Under the pieces are notes generated by a model. The model was not told where the DNA came from and ran no database searches. It saw nothing but the letters and a program-made list of their open reading frames with translations. A stretch of DNA of 64,000 nt from Paraspadella gotoi (Eukaryota > Animalia > Chaetognatha): assembly GCA_051294375.1 (NCBI GenBank), contig CM119269.1, positions 10,227,056 through 10,291,055 on the forward strand, written 5' to 3'. Every line of letters starts with the position of its first letter. Position 1 is the first letter of the stretch. Shown piece by piece: positions 56,635 through 64,000 of the stretch. The position numbers and the translations under genes were made by a program.

Positions 56635-57888
56635 CATTCCACTCTTGCGCGCTTTTTAATTATAACTTAATACTCATTTGTAATTTATCGGTTGTCTCAG
56701 TACAAGAAGAAGGTAGCATTTGTATTCGTTTGTTTTCTTTATTCGGAGGAAATAAATTACAATGGTTTCCTCTTGGAATAGAATTGTCGAAACGAATTGT
56801 CTTTTTCTCTTTTTCATATGCAACATAAGACTTTTAAGAGTAATACATAGTATAACGTATTTTATTATTATTCTAAGTAAGTCAAAAAGTCAAACCATCA
56901 TCCTCTTGCAGTTAGACAGACCTAAAACCGAGAAAATACACAGTTACCAGTTTGGTTTAGCTTACTTTGGTTTAGTTAGATTGGTTTAGTTAAATTGGCT
57001 TGAAAACAGAGACAAAACTCTTCAAAAACAAATACATCAAGTACAGAAGTACATAGATCATGAAGAAATAAAATAATTTAAATAATAGAGGGGATAACTT
57101 TTAAGGAGATTAAGATTTGGGCCGACTGATCAAATGATTGATCGGTTGATTGATTATTTTTTTATAATTTATTATAATTAATGCCATACTGATCTGTTTT
57201 TTAACCGGATCTGCTTATCGTAGATACGGGTAACTTTACTATTCGACGTCCGCAACCAACTTTAACTACCACCGGTCGGTGCTTTGTTAATTTATTTAAT
57301 TTTGTTTTCCCTCTAGCGTCGAGTCTCAGTTTGAGCAATAATATACATTTTTTTTGTTCAGCAATACAAATTTTATAATAAATAATAATTGTTTTAAATT
57401 TATTTTAATTGCTATTTTTATTATTGAGGTAGAAAATGAATTGTTTGTTTACGTACGGGTTTTTTAAAGCAACATAAATTTCGGACATGTTTCAGCTTCA
57501 ATGCAAGCGCAAAAACGAATTGATTTGTGAAACAAATATTTTCAGTCTCTTTCTCTATCTCTCTCTATCTCTCTTCAAACTTCAAAGACTGTGAAAATAT
57601 TTGTTTCACAAATCAATTCGTTTTTGCGCTGATGAAGGTTTACATGTCCGAAATTTGTTTATTAATAAAACTCATTGAAGGTTAACAAACAAAAAAAGGA
57701 AAGAAAAAAAGAATATTTTTTAAACGGTTAGCAATTGGGTTAAGGTGGGTTAGGGATTAGGGGTGGTTAGGGGTAGTTAGGGATTTGTACTAAAAAGGTT
57801 TTCTCCCCTTACTAGTATCATTTTTTTATTTTTGCGTAGCGATATTTCTATACGTCGCTTATAATAAGCGAAAAAAAAACTGACCGCG

Positions 57889-59892
57889 AAATACAAAATT
57901 TTAACTCAGTCCCTTCATCCAATCAGAAATAATAGAATTTTAATGCTATGGAGCAGACATAAGGATGGGACAGACGGATGCCGAGTGGGGGTGAATTTTA
58001 CTTTCGCAGACAGGCGTTAGGGGTGGTTTGTGGATTAGGGTAATTAGTTAATAATCTTTTTTATATAAATACTTTTAAATGGTTTTTCAAAGACGCCAAA
58101 ACCCCGGTCGGCGAATATAAAAATAAGCCGAAGATACTGCGATCCCACTTTAAATTTGTAATTTTCTTAAATCTTTAAACTGAATAATCATGCAAAAAAA
58201 CTCAAGGCAAAATTTTACTTTCGCCGACTGGGGTTTTGGCGTCTTTTAAAAAAACATTTAAAAATATTTATATAAAAAGATTATTAATTAATAACCCTAA
58301 TCCTCTAAACACAAACCACCCCAAACGCCTGTCTGCGAAAGTAAAATTCACCCCCACTCGGCATCCGTCCATCCCATCCTTATGTCTGCTCCATAGTAGA
58401 TTCCTCCATAAATTTTTAAATTTGTCAGAACGTTTTTCTCTTTTTTTTCCATATTTTTTTGACACGCTAAACGTTTCTCTGATTACGCAAAATTTCATGA
58501 AAAAAATAAAAAATTAATAGTACCAATGGTTAGTGTTATGTCTCGAATAGATGGAACTAAGGGGTAACTAAGGCTTACCAATGGCATCCTCCACGCCAAT
58601 CGTTCTCTCAAATAATTTTTTTTATTTAATACATTTGAAAGGGAAAAAAAGAAAATTCAGAATGCAGGTTGCAGAAAGGGTACAGATAATCTGGACATAC
58701 TGACATGATAATCATGACCTTTTATGTCTTGTGAAATGGGATGATAAGTAATAGAATTAAATTTCTTGTATAAAGGTTGTTATATTTAAAAGAAAATTAA
58801 TCAATACAAATAAACACAATGATTCTTGCTTTGTCAAATATGTCGCCAGCTATGTAACTTTTTAAAATTTTATTATGATAAACGAGCAGCGTGTCAAGCT
58901 TTTTGTTTGCAGTTGAAGATAATAAAATGACAATTTTTTTTTCACAGACAAGAAGGTAGACGTCCAGACGGTTTATATCAATCTGAAAATATTTTTGTAT
59001 TTATCATTTTTCATATTTAAAAAAACATTTTATCCAGCTACTTCATAAATTTTTGCTTGTTTTTTACTTTAACTAAAAAATACAAGCAAATTTATAGAGT
59101 AGAGAAAATTTAATGGTAATCAAAATGTAATTTAGTCTTTCCTTTTTCAAATTACGAAAAGAAGAAAAAAAATTTCACATGCCTTCATTGAAATTTTTAA
59201 TGCAAAAAACTGTTATACTTTTAACTCCGATTTAAATAAAACGTGTAAAGATTTATGGATAAAATTTAATAAAACTATTTTAGAGAGGTGCCCCATGATT
59301 AGGGCTTTAATTTAATACCTCACCACATTCCTACCTCTTTTCTTTCCAAAGTTATTCAAGAAAATAACTTTTTTTACCGTTAGAGAAACTAAGGATTTGA
59401 ACTACGCAATACAAATCTTTGTTAAATAAAAATTTCGGCAAAGTGGGAGTATCTCAATTTATCCTATTGGTACAATACCTAAATTTTAAAATAAAACCTA
59501 AAGAAAAATTTTCCGTCCTAAGAGACATATAACTTTCAGGTGTACCCATCGTCTTACACATTTATGGATTATGCTAGAAAATCAGCAAAACGTTTTCTCT
59601 TTTTTTTAAATAGTTTGTACTAGCGGTCAGAAATCTAAGAAGAAACTCGAAAATTTTATTCTGAACAAGTTTTGCCTTTCCAGGCTGACGTTTATGACTA
59701 TATCTCGGAAACCATTGTAGAAATTTAAAAACGGTTTTTTGCAAGTTAATATTGATATCATCCTCCAGGGACCGGCATAAAAATATATAAAAAAATAAAC
59801 TAATATTGGCTCTCGAGTGAGGTAACTTTCCATAGCATTAAAATTCTATTATTTCTGATTGGATGAATGGACTGAGTTAAAATTTTGTATTA
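57889..59892. mobile_element. Composite foldback element: ~62-bp outer inverted repeats and an internal ~185-bp inverted duplication
   Basis: AATACAAAATTTTAACTCAGTCC..AATGCTATGGA at about 57889-57951 is mirrored at 59829-59892; 57945-58115 is mirrored at 58215-58395. Confidence 0.65.
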
Positions 59893-61556
59893 TTGAGATG
59901 TAAGTAAAGTTTTGATGGTACCGTATCGAGTAGAAATAAGTTTAATTTAAATTTAAAAGAACAAAAATTATTTTACATTATTGAATTTTGCTTTCTTTTT
60001 TATTTGATACATGTATGTATGTAAATGAATGTTTCAACAACAAAAGCTATTATAGAAATAATAAATATTATAATTATAAGTATCTCCAAAACGACTACGA
60101 TTACAACCACATAAAGCTTTTTTTGGTAAAATGACGACAATGACAAAAAGGATAATATTTGAACCAAAACGTGGGTAAAAAGGCATTTTCGAGTCCTCAG
60201 TTTGTCCTTAAAATGTCGCGTGCGGTGAAACCACTTTATGTTAAAGTACTCCTTTGTCGTATTGCGAAAATGTGCTTGTTTCTTTCTCTCTCCAAAAATT
60301 AATATAAAAAACCGACATCGTCCCCATTCCAAAGTAACTAAACCTAGACTCTTTCAGATAATCGGCGAAGGAAAGCGGAAAATCTGAAATGGCACATTCA
60401 GACGTAACCAATCCCAAGTTTCCCGTTAATGGCTCAACACTGTCGATCGCCCCGCAATGACCATTGATCACTCTTTCCAGATGACCTTGCTGACCTCACA
60501 TTTTCAATCGCGCATTGAAGGAACAGACTGACAACGGCAACAGTTTGAACTCTAACAATAACAAATTAAAATTAGTTTTTTAAAATTACTGTTCCCCTCT
60601 AATTTTTTTCTCCTTTTCCTCTTCGTTATTCAACAATCTTTAATTTAATTTATTCTTTCTATATTCACTAATTTCTTATTCAATATTGTATTTGTTCATT
60701 TTCTTTACTATATGTCTCGACTTTTGCTTTCCTTCATTCTTTTTTTCTCTATTCTTTTGTTTGTTTGGTTTTTTTTATTCGTTTATCTTTCTTTTTTTTT
60801 ATTTGCTACTTTTTTCATTTTGTTATTTTTCTTTTATACATATATTTATACATTTTTTCTTATAGATTTGATTCGTACTTCTGTTTATTTTTATCATTTG
60901 CTTATTTTTCTTTAATCCACTTTTTCGGTCCGTTGGTCTCACCCCAAAATCTTGTCGGAGACAGAATATCGAATAATGATTATGCAAAAAAATTTTCGTC
61001 CGTCCGACCCCCCCCCGTTAGCATTAAACTCCAATTACAATTAGTGAATGGGGCGATTGACTTGAAATTTTGTATGAGGGTAGGAAAGTGTGTGATTGAG
61101 CCGGAAATCAAGTTGATTACGCTTTTATTTTTATATGAAATGTAAATTCAAGTTGCAATAATTAATTATTACTAAATTAGTAATTTATTATTTCGTAATT
61201 AATTAATTTATTAATTAATTTTTTGATCGAGATAGTTGTATGATTTAGAGGCGAAAGTAAGTGGAAAACGATTTTGATGCAAATAAAAAGGAGAGGGACA
61301 ATATTACAAATAAGACATGTATGGGTGTGTGCAATTGTGCATGTCATAATATTTGTAGTTGTGATGAATATTGTGGTGGTTGTAGTAATCTTAGCTTTTG
61401 TAGTTGCTTTTGTTATTAACTATAAATAGTCATCATTGTCGTCTTAGTTTTGGTTGTCGTACCAGTTCTGATTGTTGATATCGATAAAAAAAAAAAAAAG
61501 AAGATATAAATTAATTCAAATGTAAATCGTAAAAATTATATTTAATTTAAATTTAC

Positions 61557-62015
61557 AGCAGATTCCGGCACTATAATTAACTTGGTCGGTCGGTCGGTCC
61601 TCCCCCTCAATCTTGTCGGTAAGTTACTTAAATCATGTCAGAACATCGAATTATGATAAATTATGAAATTATCTGTCCGTCCATCCGTCCGTCGGTCCGT
61701 CCCCTCTTTGCTTTGAACCCCAATTAGTCATGATTGTATGTAGCGATTGACTTGAAATTTTGTATGTGGGTCGGAAAGTGTGTGATTAAGCAGGAAATAA
61801 AGTTTCGATGGAATCGTCCGAGTGGAAATGAGTTTAAATGGAAAAAACAAAAAACCTGTTTCACTAATTGATTATGCTTCTTTTCTTTTTATGCAAAATG
61901 TATTAATTAATCAATTAATCGTTATTGGCGTTATTGTCGTCTTCGTTGCAAACCAACAAGGGCGGATCTAATTAATTAATTATCAATTAATTATCGCTAA
62001 TGATCGTGGGCAGAT
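61557..62015 (+). mobile_element. DINE-1/Helentron-like element (family R1); further fragments at 60920-61115 and 62205-62290
   Basis: GTCG/GTCC microsatellites and the same core as the other R1 copies. Confidence 0.68.
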
Positions 62016-63137
62016 AACGATAACGATACCAATACAAAAAGATTCATCATAATCCATCCATTCGATCTTGAGTAGTTGGACCTCAAACCCAAGGAGTGAC
62101 GGATGGACAAACTAACGGACAAACATATCGGTAAAGCAAGATCATCTCAAAATCTCAAATTGTAAAATACTCTGTTAGCTTTAAACGCCATTTACTTATG
62201 AGTAGATAAGGCGATTGACTTAAAATTTTCTGCGATTAAGCTGAAAATTAAGTTTTGAAAGAATCGTCCAAGTGGAAATAAGTATAAATAAAAAAAAATT
62301 AATCAATTTAATGTTGATTGTTTTTGCCTATATATAAAAGTTAAATATATATAACAACAAAAATAATTATAATTTATCAACTAATTAGGTTCTTACCGGT
62401 AAATGAATGTTTGCTCAAAGTGTATCAAGATGGATTCAGATTTTCAAAAACGTTCACACAAGTGATCACACATATATATACTTTAATTTAAAACACCTTT
62501 TATTCGATTTGAAATTCTCAACATGAGAGATCCCGGTCGACTTTTATCTGGCTCCTAAATTATGCAAATTAGCTTACGATCGAATTTGTCAGATAACGAT
62601 GACGCTTCTATTCGCGTAATTTTTAAACGTTTTATTATTGTAATATAATAAATAATTGAATATTATAGTTTTTAGAATATTATTTTATAATATAAATAAT
62701 TTATAGTATTTATACTAATATAAATAAGACAAAATAGCAATTAAATGAGATCTTGAATGCTTCTTTTTCTTACCAAAATGAGGAATTCAAAGAGATTTTT
62801 GCATAAAATAAAATATTAACTATTTTGCTTGTTTAAGTTCCTTATTACATATAATATAATATAATTTTGTATTATAAATTGTATAATTCATTCGTTTAAG
62901 TTACTATTATACGTGCTTTAATAAATAGGTAAATATGGAAAAACTTGATACAAGATTAAAATAACCAATAAAAGTAAAATTTAAAAAAAAATAATAATAC
63001 TAATATTAAAATTAGTATTTAATAATTTAATAATAATAATTAATAAAAAAATTATTTTAAAAATTACTGCAAGAAAGAATTTAATTATTTAAAATTATTA
63101 ATGAATATTTTCTATAATTTTTAAATAATTTTTAGTC

Positions 63138-63308
63138 ATACGGTTCCATTAGGATTGCTCACGTAGGAATACGTGGGAATACGTGGAATACGTGGGCGGA
63201 ATACTATGGGTGCAATTGTATGTGGCCCAATGCTACATGGGTGCAATCCTAGGGGCGCAATTTTATGGCCCATATAATACGTGGGCACAATACTGCTACC
63301 ACCGTATA
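63138..63308. repeat. Small element with short inverted ends and ~15-bp internal repeats
   Basis: ATACGGT / ACCGTAT ends enclosing AATACGTGGG / TGGGTGCAAT units. Confidence 0.55.
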
Positions 63309-64000
63309 TACATATAGATAAGTGAAAAGAATCCATTCAATATCATAATCAATGATTTAAGTTATTTATGTTTGAATGATCAGGAAGAAAATTAAATACG
63401 ATCTAATAAATATTACTAAATTTGAATAGCAAATACATAGATTGGACGATTGGATCCTTTTTTGTGTTTGAGGCAACATGAACCGGGACTCATTTTTTGA
63501 TATGGTATAAATAACTGTCTCTATTAATTTGTTTAATTTTCTGATCATAATCAAAAAACTACTTTCATTTAATAAAGAAAACAGAGAAATTTTGAGAGGG
63601 AAACTTACTTCCAAGATTTTAAAGAATTGCTTTTGTTTTATAAGTTTTTGAAATCAAATCATTAATTATAAAATTAATCGAAACCTATTGTCTGTAATAA
63701 TGATAGATTGCTTTGTTAATTCTTCAATCAACCAAATTGAAAAAGTGAGTAAACAAATTATGATTAAAAACAATGATAATATGATAACATTTTAATTGTT
63801 AACAACAACGATGAAGGCTAACAATTAGTTCAAAAATGTCCATTTTTATGTAAAAACATTATGTGTTATTGTTAACCATTAAAAAGTTATTATTTCGTCT
63901 CTAAATCAACACAAATGAAAATAAATATACAATGACTAAAACTAAAAAAAATCCGAGATAATTTTTTATAATTGAAAAAAGTTTGACTATGGATGCTCAA

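Noticed and set aside
57625-57660. CTGATGA...GAAA hammerhead-like core
   Set aside because: No proper stem II or stems I/III; it is one arm of a palindromic MITE.
63160-63300. CRISPR-like array
   Set aside because: Eukaryotic context, degenerate 10-15 bp units, no unique spacers and no cas genes.

Overview
AT-rich invertebrate-animal-type genomic DNA with compact GT-AG introns. Genes in order: TJAP1/BEGAIN-family coiled-coil gene (-, runs off the left end), EPS8 (-), RNA polymerase I largest subunit (+, about 24 exons), an internally deleted RETSAT-like relic, a GEX1/Brambleberry/Kar5-family nuclear fusion gene, ENSA/ARPP19 and nucleobindin. Nucleobindin introns hold a nested antisense CD225/dispanin gene and a 4-kb intron-containing hAT transposon. 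Introns and spacers are packed with MITEs, DINE-1/Helentron-like elements and CRE-type retrotransposon fragments. Main observation: eight copies, in four sequence-divergent subfamilies, of a 200-280 nt element. It has a tRNA-like Pol III head (clear in two subfamilies) followed by what I read by eye as a circularly permuted (type-P5) twister self-cleaving ribozyme, with compensatory changes in P2, P3, P4, P5 and the T1 pseudoknot. One locus is a head-to-tail dimer that would release a 338-nt unit, suggesting a twister-based SINE/retrozyme system. All calls were made by eye with no searches; coordinates may be off by a few bases.
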